A stretch of 64,000 nt of DNA from Podarcis erhardii (taxonomy: Eukaryota). Below, one piece after another: positions 38,012-51,158 of the stretch. Positions within the stretch are counted from its first letter, which is position 1. Each line of letters opens with the position of its first letter. Made by a program: the position numbers and the translations under genes. The DNA is taken from assembly GCA_964252035.1 (NCBI GenBank), contig OZ176200.1. One strand, 5' to 3'. The notes beneath the pieces were generated by a model that ran no database searches, was not told where the DNA came from, and saw only the letters and a program-made list of their open reading frames with translations.

Positions 38012-39302
38012 TACTAGTCTCGTGTCCTGCTTTCAAGCTTTTTGTAGGCCTCTGGGAGAACAGACTGCATGGGCCTTGGGCTACATCCACCAGGGCTCAT
38101 TTTATTACCTTAAATTTATGTTCCCCACCCTGACTTGTTTTCCCCCCGGGGAAGGTCATTTCTCCCCTATCTGCCCAACAAATGGTTGCCAAAGAAATTT
38201 TCAGAATGCTCAGCTCAGCTCTACCCAAAGCATAGTTTGAACACCACAACTTCAGACTAGTCTCTGGACTGGAATGGTATCCAGCATGGCTTACACTCCC
38301 TGGATCGCAGACCCTATTATAAAGGCAAAGAGAAATATTTATATATAAGTGGTAAAGAAAACTACTTCAAGTACAACATTGAGGCTGCAAAATGTACTAC
38401 AGATGCTTTCATTTCACTCTCTCCCATTTCAACTTTTCCCTCTCACTTGTCAAAGATAAAACATTACTGCATCAGAAGAAAGGGCAAGTTCCTCACAGTG
38501 TTACATTACAGACAAGAGATGGGAGCTTCCTCTGTAGCTCCTACTAGAGGGTCGGGAGTCATGAGACCACCCCTATAAGCTGGTTTCTCTGCTTGAACTT
38601 GTGCACTGTGCTTGAAGATAGACGGTGCTTTGATTTTGAGCTGACTGACTTCCAGTTTCTTTACACTGGCAAGGAGTTTGATCAACATCTACCCATGAGG
38701 CTTTCCTAATAATTTGCATGACAGAATATGGCCCCAAAGCTCTCAAGTAATATGCTAGCCAGTCAGCTCGGCTTATCCTATGCCAAAGTTAACGGCTGAA
38801 GATCACACTGATGGACAGGGCTAGAGAAAAGCTGAAGCCTTTGTGTAATTGAAATTTTGGGGTATGCTGGATCACTTAAATAAAACCCAATATTGCTTTC
38901 ATTTCCCAACATTTTTTTCTTGCTCTCTCCAGAGAAGCCCAACCTGACCTACATAAAAATACTTTCATCTTTAAAGCACAACGGTGTGCAGTGGTGTAGC
39001 ATATGTTATCTAACATCTAGCCTGACCAAAAAAAATTTCCAGCTGCATCAAAACAAAATTTTGACTCTGTATTGGACAGAAAATTTTAGCAGTGTGCCAC
39101 CAACACTTCATAATTCAGAACTAATCTAAATACCAGGATTGATGAATATTTATAAGGTGACTGTTAAAAAGAAGCATAACATCAGAGATGCTAGATAATG
39201 CAGATGTATATTGCCATCTTTTTCCTTAGCAAAGTTTTTCTTCCTTCTTTGTTTCTCATGAGCAAAGGGCATTATTCCAATTCATGTGTGAAAAAGGTCC
39301 AA

Positions 39303-39455
39303 GTGTGGGCCAGTGTGGTGTAATGGTTAGAGTGTTGGACCCATGACATGGGAGACTAGGGTTCAAATCCCCACTTGGCCCACTGAACGACCTTAGCCTG
39401 ATCACCATCTCTCAGCCTTACCTACCGTTAGGTATTGTTGTGAGGATAAATGTGA
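39303..39455 (+). mobile_element. tRNA-derived SINE (same family as 7809)
   Basis: GGTGTAATGGTTAGAGTGTTGG (A box) and GGTTCAAATCCC (B box). The tail is TTGTTGTGAGGATAAA. Confidence 0.75.
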
Positions 39456-42400
39456 GCTGAGAGGGGATTTGAACCGCAGTACACACCACTTTCAGCTCCT
39501 TGGAGGAAAAAGTGGTATATGAATGTAGTAAATGCTTTGAAAATAATTTTAAGATACATTTATAGTAGAGGCCAGGAACTGGAGACACCTGGGTCAAACA
39601 GAGCCTACATTGCTATCCTTAAAGGCTAAAGCACAGGTGGCCATCCTGTGGTTCACTGATTTGGCCGATCTTCCTGAAGATGCCCCATCCTTCTTTCCCA
39701 TCAGAGTTCCTTCCTTCCTATTTCCTCCTCATTTTTCTTGCCTTGTAAACCCCCCTATAAAGTTATTTGACTTGTCACCACTTCCAGCCTTGTGGTGCTT
39801 GCTTCTTAGTAAGAACAGAATTGGAAATTGCATGGAAGTGGGAATTCTAATTTGAGATAACCTTGATGAGAATTGAAATAGGGCTATCTTCATTCCATAT
39901 TGGTTAAGACAGAATACTTTTGTCTTTGACTCTATAGCTGCTGCTCATCATCACCTCTGTCTCCACCAAAAAGTGACGCGCAACTCATAACAGGCAGGGG
40001 TGGGGGAGTTTCCCCACCCTTGGACTAAAGAGGGTGGAGAAAGTAACATTTGTGACAACAGCAGACTAATTTCAATGAGTTAGTTTGAATTTCTCACTCC
40101 CATCCCAAAATGGTCTTCCAGGAAAATAGTTGCCACCCAAGTAGTTAGATCATGATGTACCAAAATTAATGAGCACTGAGAAACAGCACCATGATTAATA
40201 TTATATCTGATGTTCCATAAATAACAAAACAGGAGATCTGAAACTGAGCAGGTAGCCAATTAGTAAAGATAGGGCCCTAAACACACCATTTAGAGTTTCT
40301 GGGTGACAGTACATTCCTGAAATACATTAAAGAATTTCCATTCACTTGAAAATCCCTTCACTAGCAGGCATGGGTCTTTTAAAATTTAGCAGTTGTCAAA
40401 TGCCACCTAGAATAATATCTTGAAATAGTCTCATTAACCATCCATGGCATGTATGTGTCTTTTTTTAATGACATGGAATAATGCTTCCTGGAGTCCACAG
40501 ACTGTTTGCAAAGAGGTGTTCTTTAAGACAGTCTTCAGGGCTAGACTAGATTACAGATGTATGACAATCTGATGCATAAGTAGCTACTAAACACAATCAA
40601 AATTGATTGCATTTATTGCTTCGTAAGTATTGTTGGGATTGTGCTTGTGGTTTATCTGAGGTAAATTATCTCTTTGCCAGTTTCACCCATGTGCTAGTCT
40701 TTAAAGCCCCAAACACTCTGCCTAGGTTGTTCTCAGCGTAGGGTATCATTGCTAAAGGCATTTTTTGTTGTCGGCTATGCTCATATTTTATGTCATTTAT
40801 TCAAGATGACGGATCAGATTCCACCAGTGCAAAGCACAAAAGCTTCACAAGGCAGGCACCAGACTGCCAACAGTGTCTGTGACCTAACGATGTAAGGAGC
40901 TAAAGGAATAGTGACACTGGGAGCTAGACATGAGATTGCCTGATAGGTTGTCAACAAAGAAAAAAAGTCACTCCATGGCCTCACTAGTAAAAAGTTTGGA
41001 AACTATTGTGCCAATTGCAATGGCCCTGATTATAAGTATGCAACTAATTACCGTATAAGTAGCATAGTCTGTGATCATCATTATTCAGTATGGGTTTTTT
41101 GTGATGGTTGATGAATTAGTCACAAGCGTAATCACTTTAGAAAAGCCCACAGATCTTGCTTCTTTAAAGATCTAAAGTAGCTTGTATTAGGGACTTGCTG
41201 CAATCAGGGCAAACAAGGCCCTGCTCACCTTGATGTTGCCTCTACCTATAGCTTCTCATGCCCAAGGCAAGGCTTGATACTTCCTGAGGGGTACAAGGAA
41301 ACAGATGGCAAGGCTGTGTGCTCAAACAAGGCTCATGAGTGCTCAGACCAAGCCCTGGCTTGGGTAATGCAGCCTCATGATCTCCATTTGCTGTGCCACT
41401 CTGCAAACAATAACCTTGCTTTCTATGCAGTGTCACAAAATACATGGCTCAGCTTCTGTATTGCAGCCATTGATGCAACTGTTTTAAGATCAGGGTGGCA
41501 GAAAGGTATAACTTTGTGGAACATTGCGGTGGGTGATGAGCATTCTCCCTGCATGTGATGGGAAACTGAATTAATCTACCTCACCATGGACTTCCATGGA
41601 TCCAGAGCATGATTAGAGCATATCCACATATGTTCAATGCCCCCACCCCCAAATCTGAGAATTAGCCCTACAGTTTGAGCTAATTGCACATTGGATTTTA
41701 CATTTATACATTCTACTAAAAACTTAAAGCCACTCATAGCTGTACAATATGGTCTGAAAGAGAACAAGACTCCCTAGTGGCTGAGCTGGGTGTGAAGGTT
41801 CAGTATCAGTCCTCATCACTTGTAGGGAGAAGGTAAAGGAAGATCATCTGCAAAATCATCCCTCTCTACCATGTCACTAGATATATTTTTCTTCCACTGA
41901 ATTGTTTTAACAGCATTTGAGTTCTGAATTTCTCTTGTACTGTGTAGCAGTGTGTTGAAGCAATTTGTAGTCGCAGTGCAGAAAACAGCCTCCTGCGCTA
42001 TAATTTTTCCATGCTACGCAAATGATATTTGTCTTTACAAAACATTTTGCAGACTTATGGCATCAATAGCTTGGAGCATTTATGAATAATAATTAATGTA
42101 TGATGTATGCATCAAATATATTATTTATGATTGCATAATTATAGCACACGTTGTAGACAGCTTTGATTACTGTTATTTCTAGTTTATGAAAATGAGGTTA
42201 TCGTTGGCCTCTAAACATGCAAACAAGAGAATTCAAATAACCATAAAATTAGTTGTGTGCAAGTTTTAGTATGTCAAAGAAAAGCAGCATACCCGGATCT
42301 TAAATAGAATTTAATGGAAAGAAAGTATGCTGCAAAACACTGCTTATATAAATAAATAATCAGATATTTAAGCAAAACAATAACAGCAGCCCTGTCACCT

Positions 42401-42474
42401 ATAAATTATTACTTGCACAACAGGGTCTTGTTCCCTGCCCAGTAAATGAGCTCCATTTGTAGAGGCATCTTGTT

Positions 42475-42610
42475 CAGGCATAGGCAAACTCGGCCCTCCA
42501 GATGTTGTGGGACTACAAGTCCCATCATCCCTAGCTAACAAGACCAGTGGTCAGGGGTGATGGGACTTGCAGTCCCAAAACATCTGGAGGGCCAAGTTTG
42601 GCCATGCCTG
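42475..42610. mobile_element. 136-bp hAT MITE, second copy
   Basis: Colinear with 25595-25730. The right flank GTCTAGAG resembles a hAT-Charlie target, but the left TSD matches poorly. Confidence 0.8.
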
Positions 42611-42989
42611 GTCTAGAGCACAAGAGGTCATCCTAACTGATCCAAGCACCTTGTCCACATCCTCAAGCCTTACTAACTGAAACTTGTTCAACAGGACTTG
42701 GCAGAATAAAGACCCCAGTGGGTGCAAGCATTATATCCCCCAAATGCTTTGCAAACAAGTCACAGCAAGCTACTGTCAGTTCTGCCACCACCTGGAAAAT
42801 CTCTGCAGGATGGCACAATGAGGATGCCTTCACTGCCACTAGGTTTGATGGCATTCAAACTGAGTTTTTCTCCACCTGTGTTTGTGCTGTCTCCCAGCTT
42901 GTTTTCTTGCCCTAAGCTCTGGAGTATACCAGGGAGTCAAGCAGGCTTGACAACATGGAAGAGACTCTGGGGCGATTGTGTCAAAGGCC

Positions 42990-43130
42990 TTAGCCATTCA
43001 GATGTTCCAGGTCTCAGTCAGGGCTCCGAAAGGAATGCCAGTCATATCAGCCAGAAAATCCCCCAGAGCCATCTGGAAATCATCAAGGACAGACTATCCT
43101 AATAGGTCCCCTGGCTCTGCTGTGGGGGAA
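42990..43130 (-). mobile_element. L2 ORF2 fragment
   Basis: Minus strand GPIRIVCP..DFQMAL resembles the L2 ORF2 GPIRMVRP..GFQ.AL segment, with an indel. Confidence 0.45.
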
Positions 43131-44299
43131 AGGTGTTGAAAGCCTAAATCTCAACAGAGAGTGATCAGACCACGAGAAGGGACTGAAGCCAATATCTCTC
43201 ACGTTCAGATCACCCTCTTCCTGCTCATTTTAGAAAACAAGGTCCAGAGTGTGGTCTTCCACATGTATTAGGCCGGTGAAATCTTGGGACAGCCTCATGG
43301 TCATCATGGTAGCCACAAAATCATGAGCCACCCCAGAGCTAGTTGCCTTGGCATGGGTGTGGAAGTCCCCCAAACCAGCAGTCTGTCTCTGAGACTGAGG
43401 GAAAGTTTCACAGCTGTTTCACAAATAATGCTACCTTTTGACTCCAGTTCATAGGTCTATAACAGTTGTAGGATAATGAGCAGAAGACTTTTTACCTAGC
43501 ATGCTGATGAAGGGAGAACAGTTTCACCTGCATAATTTTGACTCTTAAAGAAAAAATGGCAGCCTTATGTCGTGCAGTTGACTTGTTCAAACATTACTTT
43601 GGACTTAGCTGAAGTAATATATACAGTATGTTCTTTATACGAGCAGAATAATTGCAAAAGCCCTTTATATACAGAATGTTGTGGGCTCTCCTGCCTGTAG
43701 TACTTGGGGGATGTGATTTCAAGATTATTGTCATTTTGCCAAGAACCAACCCTATTTTGAAAATGGAGCAGGATTGTTTGCCTCTATATTACTGTATTTC
43801 CAACTGCATCTCGGCCTGCATAAAGTTGTGGCTCATTCCATTGGTCTCAGTCAAACCTCAAGTAACATAATTTTCTCCTCTTCCCTTTTCTCTGCAAATG
43901 TCTCAACAGTCTTCCTGCAACTGCAGCATGTATAATTGTACATACAGGCAGCATTACCGGTTGCACTTTGAATCATCCTCATAATCGCTCTATTTTAGAG
44001 GAAGCACGCATGTGATTTACAAGTCCCACAGAAAAGAAAAGATGATCAACACAACACCAATAGATACCTGGTGCAAAAGTCGCTTTGACCCACAATGGCC
44101 ACTCTCAGTATTTTGGCCATTTCATTTGCACATGCTGAACTAGTGCACTGCTGCTTTATTGAAGGAAATTTCTGCTTTGAGTATTATAGCCAGAGAAACA
44201 AGTGTTGGAGATAACATACAACCTTTTTGTTTTTTCCTTACATCTGTATTCTGCCTTTCTTCCACAATTGAGCCCAATGCATCATGCACATGACTGCCA

Positions 44300-44390
44300 A
44301 ACAATCACCCATTCAAGCACTGACCAGACCCAGACTTGCTTAGCTTCAGCAAGTTAGTGGACTCGTGTGCCCTCAATCCATACCCTGGGA
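44300..44390 (-). mobile_element. 5S rRNA-derived SINE head (SINE3-type) or 5S pseudogene fragment
   Basis: The reverse complement of 44305-44347 matches the vertebrate 5S internal control region (GAAGCTAAGCAGGGTCGGGCCTGGTTAGTACTTGGATGGGAGA, recalled) at 34/43 positions. Confidence 0.65.
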
Positions 44391-44730
44391 CTCAACCTTT
44401 ATCCCTTTTGATGAAAAGCATGTTACCCAGGGGTCATCGATGACACTGTGGGCAGGCAGAATAGGTTTTGTAACAATTTAACTAGGAAATAACATGCAGC
44501 AAACTGTTGATGAGACCATTTCCTAGATAAACTAGGAATATAGCTGAACGTGGCATCATCTAACTGCTTAATATTCCAAGAGGTTTGTAGCGTTATTCTC
44601 TGCCATCAAACACTTCTTTTTCTCTTTGACATGCCATAGTGCCTCCTTTAGTATGCTCTGTCATTGATAATCAGTGAATAGGTCCTAACCTGCAAGAGGT
44701 CACATTGCCCTAACTTCAATTTGTTGCAGT

Positions 44731-44768
44731 CATTAAAGGGTTTTTAAGACATTAAAGGGTTTTTAAGA
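44731..44768. repeat. Perfect 19-bp tandem duplication
   Basis: CATTAAAGGGTTTTTAAGA x2. Confidence 0.9.
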
Positions 44769-46067
44769 GAAGAGAAGCATACTAAGAAGGAAGGGAAAAC
44801 AATGGGCATAAATGGCAAAAAAAATGCTTTAAAAGATGAGTCCCTGCTGCAAATCAAACTAAAGGTTACTCCTGTATTTAAAAGCACGGAAAACTATTAT
44901 CCTGAAGTTTCTTAAGCCAAGGTTGACATACTCTGCTGACAGTACTAAAATTGCCAACTGTTCATTTCTCCAGCCATAGTGTGTCCCTGCTGTGTCTTTG
45001 GGGTTTTTTGTTTAGCTTCTTATCAACAGATATGGGCCACTTATATTGCCAGTTGCAGACAAAAGGGGCATGCCTGGCTTCATATGTTCTTATGGTGGCC
45101 AATTTTTGGATAAAATTGGCAGAGGCAAGAGAAATAATTTGAAAATAGGAATTTTGTTTTCCACAGAACAACTGAGTGTGCCCATTTGCTTGAATGTTTG
45201 GCGATACAGGGGTGTCCTGTGCTCTCTCCTTTAAAATTGTGTCTCTTGCTCTGTGATTCATTACTAAGGCCAGCCACAAAGAGCTGTATTTGTCACTACC
45301 AGAAGATTGCTGACACAACAGAGCACCCAGGGGGTGAGGGGGACACTTAGGAGGCCAGAAACCAATATGAAAAAAATGAGCAGTTGTGGTCACCTGCTTC
45401 CTCCTTTTGACATATACTTGGCAATAGAATGACTTAAGTATCCATTATTCTTCTGTGTCTTGTGGGAAGATGGATGTAATGTAAAACAATTGAGTGACGC
45501 TTTGTGCCTTTAGTGACCTTTGAAATGTGTTATTGCTTAGTAACATAGTCCATGGTGGAATTTACTACAATTATGAGCAGCAACACCCCAAGCCCACAAC
45601 ATACGTAGTTTAACCATGCATGGTAGAAGCTTGATGGCTCATGAAGCAAAGCGCAAAATTAATCCCTTCAGAACAAACGCAATGTGAAAAGTACGTAATG
45701 AAGCAATTAGCTAAAAGTAGGAGGGGCAGAAAGGATGTAATATTAAACAGCTTGTTCCCGTAAGTTCCTTTTTTACTAAGCATGTCTTGTTGGCATCTAT
45801 TCAGTAATTGATTATGACTGTAAGATTATTAATGGGTTTTAAAGATCAAAACAAATGGTCTGAAAGTTGTTTGTTTCTGTTACAGAAGTCAGTGTAGCTT
45901 GATAAAAGGGCACTGAATTCCAAATACTTAGAAATAGATTTTACTTAGGAATATTTTCCTAAACATTTATATACCACCTTCCATCCTGTTTGGATTTCAG
46001 GATAGTGTGCAATCAAAATTTATGTTGCAATAGCAAATACTGTACTAAAATAGCGAATACAGCAATA

Positions 46068-46132
46068 TTTATAATAATATAATATATATAATAATATATA
46101 TAATAGAATATATATAATAATATAATATAATA
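46068..46132. repeat. AT-only low-complexity (TA/TAA) tract
   Basis: Direct inspection. Confidence 0.85.
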
Positions 46133-46409
46133 GCCTGTCCTTCACAGGGTACACTTGTTAGGGTAGATTTCAGTGGGCAGCACCTGCTTCAGTCTCTGCC
46201 TAACCCAGATGGATTTTCTAATTTAGAAAAGATGTGCATTGGGGAAAAAACAGTACTGCAATGTTTCTCCTAGTGTAAGCCAAGATGAGCACAGCTGAGC
46301 ATACTTTACCTATTGGTAGCTAATGCTGACAGTGCCCACACCACTGGCTCCACTAATATTTACATTCATCTTTAATTCCCACTCTATCCTTTCAGGGCAC
46401 TTTACATTT

Positions 46410-46600
46410 TCAGCTGTGTGGTGTAGGACTAGGACCTGGGAGACTGGGGTTCTAGTCCCCATGTGACCATGAAGCTCAGTGTGTGACCTTGGGCCAGTCA
46501 CAGCCTCTCAGTCTGACCTACATCACAGGGATGTTGCAAAGATGGAATGGAGGAGGGAGAACTGCACACCACCCTGAGCTCCTTGGAGGAGAGTTGGGAT
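46410..46600 (+). mobile_element. tRNA-derived SINE (same family as 7809)
   Basis: GGACTAGGACCTGGGAGACT..GGTTCTAGTCCCC..CCATGAAGCTCA..GACCTTGGGCCAGTCA..CTCAG. Confidence 0.7.
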
Positions 46601-48488
46601 CTAAATGAAGTTGTGTTATTCTGTGTCATTGGCCAATCCAGCCCAAGTCCTGATGTGCTTGACTTGCAGCTGCTCTCCAGGGTTTCGTGCAACTATCTTT
46701 CCCTGTCCTGCTACTTCTATAAACTACACTTGCCTGGAATTGAACCTGGGACTTTTGGCATACTTTGGGCTCTTTCCTCCTGTATTAGTCATCCTTATAA
46801 CTCTTTTGTAAGGTGCAGCCATGTAGATATCCCCATATTGCAAGGAGGCTAGTGACTTGACGAAGGCCAAGGCTGCTTGATGAGCTCATGATTGGTTGGC
46901 TGATAATCCTTAAGTCACTATGCTGTACTACACTCAAAATCTAATAGAAGCTGTTTTAGTATACACATCATGTATAGCTATTTTAAACTTTTCATCATGT
47001 AAGTTAAGTATAACAAAAGGACAATGTTTCCCCTTTAGAATGTAAAAGCCCTAAGCGTTTACTTCTATTTTTTTCAGCACGCCGGATGTATTTAGGCCAA
47101 TATTTGTAAAACATTCATCACATTTTCAACAGAGGCTGGGACATTTTCCCTTATAAGTAATTAGATTGGGTTTTGAATCAGCTCTGCACAACCAGCTTCT
47201 TCTATCAGCCCTTGTCTTGACAGCTCCTGCTTAACATTTAAGATTTTAAGTGAATTCACGCTCCTTGAAGCAATGTAATTAATAAGACTTCAGAAATAGA
47301 ACAAAGACTGACAGTGTTTAGACAAGAAAGGGAAGACCAATAGGTTTGATTAATTGGAGTTTACTCAGAAACTGGATAATTGCTGTTTACAAACCATATT
47401 AAAGCATGTGTTCAATCAGGCTGGGGTGAGTGTGTGTTTAAAAAAAAACATATGCAGCTTCATTTTGTAGTTAAATTACGGAATTAATAATGAAATCAAA
47501 GAGACTGTGAAGGAGCATCTTAAATGTCACCTCCTGTTTCTAACTCATTAAAATGTTCAGTTGTTTTTAAATGTAAAGCTCTTTTCCCCCTTTTAGTCTC
47601 ATGCCATAGTTGAGCTTTGCACTTTGTTGGTCTTTAAGGCATCACCTGTGCTTTAGTGGCAACATAATTCTCAGGCAGCATGTGCTATACCTGCCTGACC
47701 CTACCCCCCTTGCGAATGGCCTGACAAAATAAAAGAATAATCTAATTCACTAATGAAAGACCAACAGGGTTGTAGGAAGGGCAGGGGAAAAGAAAACCTC
47801 TACTGTCATATCTCCCAAGCTGCAATTCGTTGGTGACTGTAAAAATGAAGATTGCCTATTTTTTCAGAACAGATATAGCAAAGCTGTTTAAAAGTATAGT
47901 GTTTCTACAGTAAAAAAATACTGTTTATTGGTTATCTTAAAACCAAATTTTCCAATATGTATCATATTGTGACATAGGATATATATTCATACAGAAGAGT
48001 CAATTTCTTCAATTCAGTTCCACATTTTCCCCTCAGTGTGTTTGCTCTGTCCAGAGCTCCTTTCTTCTTGAAACCTGGTAAACTAGGAGAATTTCTAAAA
48101 CTAGTTCCCGAACTATGAAATGTTCCATTTGCCACAGATTTTTATTCCTTCAGTTCATTTGTATTACTTGGCCACTCCAAGTTGCCAACAAGCGAAGTGT
48201 TTTGATAAAATACTGCCCCCCCAAAAGAGGGACAATTACAAAATCCTGTCTGTCAAACTTATCCTTGAATCATGAAAGTTTTGTGTTGCAGGCTTTGTTT
48301 CCAGAGCAGAGCCGATAAAGTTTGAAACTAGAAATATGTTCCTTAATTATTATTTTTTTGAGGTCTGCATGTACTTTTTATTTTGTCAAAGTTTGTGTTC
48401 TTTTTCATTATCTTCATTTGAACTAGACTTTTTTTTGGAGGGAGGCCTTCTTACCTCTACCAGCTTCTTTGACTCTGCTGGAATCCTT

Positions 48489-48497
48489 TGTGTGTGT

Positions 48498-48537
<40 letters not shown>
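48489..48537. repeat. (TG)n microsatellite, one interruption
   Basis: Direct inspection. Confidence 0.95.
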
Positions 48538-48539
<2 letters not shown>

Positions 48540-48621
48540 ATTGATAAAAAGACACACAAAAAGAATATTGGTGCAACCATCAGCATGATCAATCAAGATT
48601 GCCTTTTTCTGGCCTTCGAAA

Positions 48622-48735
48622 TCATAGAATCGTTGAGTTAACTTTCCTGCTCATTGCAGGAACCTCAAAGCTACAGCATCTCCCCCAACAGTTGGCTGTC
48701 CACTCCAACCTCTGCTTGAAGACCTCCAAGCTGTA
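48622..48735 (-). mobile_element. CR1 3' fragment
   Basis: ATCATAGAATC (antisense octamer tail) and GGCTGTCC..CCTCTGCTTGAAGACCTCC. Confidence 0.55.
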
Positions 48736-49695
48736 ATACTAAACATACTTGCTTGGGAATGAGCCCCACTGAGAACAGCAGAATTTATTCTGAGTGAACT
48801 CCCATAGGTGTGCATTGCCAGCAAGGCAGAACCCACCACGTGCCTAAGTAATTAGTTTCATGTGCATCAGCAAACGGTGAGGAAATTCTGGAATGAAGTT
48901 AAGCAACAGAAAGCTGCAGCACACCACACTCTGCACAAAACTGAGAGCTTTCTTTCAAAACAAAACAAAACAGAATGGTAGATGGTGATTCCATCCATTA
49001 GCTCCACTTTGAAAGCAAGACCAGGTAATTTGGAATTCCAAATTCAGGGCACAATTTGGATAACATTCAGAAGTTTTCTCAATTATTATTTATCCTCTTG
49101 CTGGTACAAAACAATTGGTGGGTTCTTTTTCATTATTCTTCTACATACATTTACTGGTGATTGTTTCTTACTTATTTGTGTAGGGGTTTGATGCCCTTGA
49201 GACCAAAGCAAGCCCGAGTCCTTGTTTTGAGGGCACTGCAGATTTCTAGGGGGTGGGGGAGCAATTGTTGTCTTGTAAGCATGAATAGCAAAGCACTTTC
49301 TTGTCTCCCAGCATATGCTGGATGCAATTAGGCAACTGCCCAAAAAAATAGGCCTTGTAAACATCCTGAATCCATGCCACATTCTCCTAGCCTCAGATGC
49401 TGCCAAATGCCTAAATGAGTGTTCAAGCCAAAAGGCCTAAATGTATAAAATAGATCTCTAAACAGAATGCTTTTCTGGTATAGAATATGAATAGTGGGTG
49501 GACAAGCCTGGAAAACTCAAGGCTCTATTTCAGAAGGCAGTATTCAGATAGCCTGTCACCTATTCTCAATAGAGATGGGATGAGAGACCAGACTGCATTA
49601 CCTTGCAGGAGAGCACTGTGGAAAGGTGCCCTGTTTTGTTTCTCTTTGTCCTAGAAGAGGGTCTTCTGTATTGGTTTTATTTACTCGGTACAGTT

Positions 49696-50289
49696 CGTTC
49701 ATTTTTTATTTATTATAATATTTATTAGCATTTTCATTAAAAAAACACCACTGTGTGATTATACAGGCATACCTCGGGTTGAATATGTGTCATGTTGAGC
49801 GTGTTCGAGTTGCACTCCGTGGCATCCCGGAAGTAACGGAATGCGTTACTTCCGGGTTTTGCAACTCGCGCATGCACAGGCGCTCAAAATGACGTCACAC
49901 GCATGCGCAGAAGCTGTGAAAAGCAATGCGCGCGTGCGCAGACATGCCACCGCTAGTTACGTTTGCTTCTGGATTCGAACGGGGCTCCACAACGGATCCC
50001 ATTCGCATCCCGAGGTACCACTGTACATATCTTTACATTACCTATAATCTGACTCTCTCAAGTCGACGACTTCTCCCCCATCCCTCCCAACTTGACATTC
50101 TAACTTCCAATTATAATTTCATCCGCATTTCTCATTCCCCCCCCCATCTACCTTTCCTTTTACTTTAAGATTCCTTATCATTGTAAATAAGTTTCTATTT
50201 TTAACTGACAAACCTTTAAGCTAGTCCTGTTAGTGTTGTTAAGTGTTTACAATATTTTTTTCAAATAAATAATAAATTTACTCCAGTCT
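49696..50289 (-). mobile_element. 5'-truncated L1-like LINE 3' end with 16-bp TSD, containing nested MITE B
   Basis: TTTACTCGGTACAGTT at 49680-49695 and 50290-50305. The minus strand reads KDWSKFIIYLKKYCKHLTTLTGLA*, resembling an ORF2 C-terminus, then a purine-rich 3' UTR and AT-rich tail. Confidence 0.75.
49764..50023. mobile_element. MITE family B, opposite orientation, nested in a LINE 3' end
   Basis: TA|CAGGCATACCTCGGGTTG...CATCCCGAGGTACCACTG|TA. Confidence 0.85.
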
Positions 50290-50881
50290 TTTACTCGGTA
50301 CAGTTTGGGTCATCTTAACACAAATGCCCTAGTGTTTTCACTGCAAGTTGTAGTTCCATTTGTTCAGCTTCATCACGTAAATGCGGCCCCCACATTTCTG
50401 ATTTCATTCTAAAAGCATTTTGTTCTTGCAGAAGACACTTAGTCACAAGCATATGGTGCAAAAATTCACAGAGCTGAGTATATGGGCATCTTGTCTTTGT
50501 AAGGATGGCATTGGCTGCAATCATAAGCAAACTCACTGCTTCTTACTTCCAAGTAAACTGACATAGGGTAAGATTAAATAGTTGAAAAAGGATGCAGTTA
50601 CTTGTCCACTATAGCTGTATGTGTGAAAGTCTACAAAGGTAGTCACATAAACTTTGGCTTGAGTTTCCCAGTGACAGTCAGAGTTAGATTTAGGTTTATA
50701 ATTCAACTAAAGCACTGAAGAGACACATAGTCATAGCACACTTTTTACACTTAAAGGACTGTAGCAGATTATAAATTTCAAAGAATGTCCTTGTAAATTT
50801 TGAAATCCAACAATAGGCTGAAAATATTGACATTTTGGACCTAATGGAATTCCCTAAACTGGCCAATTTATTTGTTTCTAG

Positions 50882-51067
50882 GTATGGCAGTGTGGTGGCA
50901 GCGTTGAAGTTCTTCCTTGCTCTAGGATTGCCCACATTGAACGAGCTCATAAGCCGTATACAGAAGACCTCACTACTCATGTCCGAAGAAATGCACTCCG
51001 AGTGGCTGAAGTCTGGATGGATGAATTTAAAAGCCATGTTTATATGGCATGGAATATTCCTCAAGAG
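50882..51067 (+). CDS. GALNT18: GALNT18 coding exon (probable exon 7, 186 nt)
   Basis: Acceptor tttgtttctag|GTA, donor GAG|gtgggt. Translates VWQCGGSVEVLPCSRIAHIERAHKPYTEDLTTHVRRNALRVAEVWMDEFKSHVYMAWNIPQE. Confidence 0.96.
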
Positions 51068-51158
51068 GTGGGTCATGAATGAACACTGATACGATCACAA
51101 TACCTTAGTTCCAATTCCCCATATTTTTGTGAAAATAATGTTCAAACATGTATTATAC

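Noticed and set aside
14312-43530. Other CTGATGA/CTGAAGA words as hammerhead cores (for example near 14312, 18107, 23132, 43503)
   Set aside because: None is followed by a stem II hairpin, GAAA and a UH site.
44300-44390. Functional 5S rRNA gene
   Set aside because: Only ~43 nt align (79%), the 5' and 3' stems diverge, and it is not in a tandem array.
44962-45393. 143-aa ORF (also 54293-54703, 42722-43102, 34515-34877, 26185-26550)
   Set aside because: There are no recognisable domains or splice signals, and these lengths are expected by chance in 64 kb across six frames.
50696-51089. 126-aa antisense ORF and 84-aa alternative-frame ORF overlapping exon 7
   Set aside because: These are shadow frames of a real exon, with no domain similarity, promoter or splice support.
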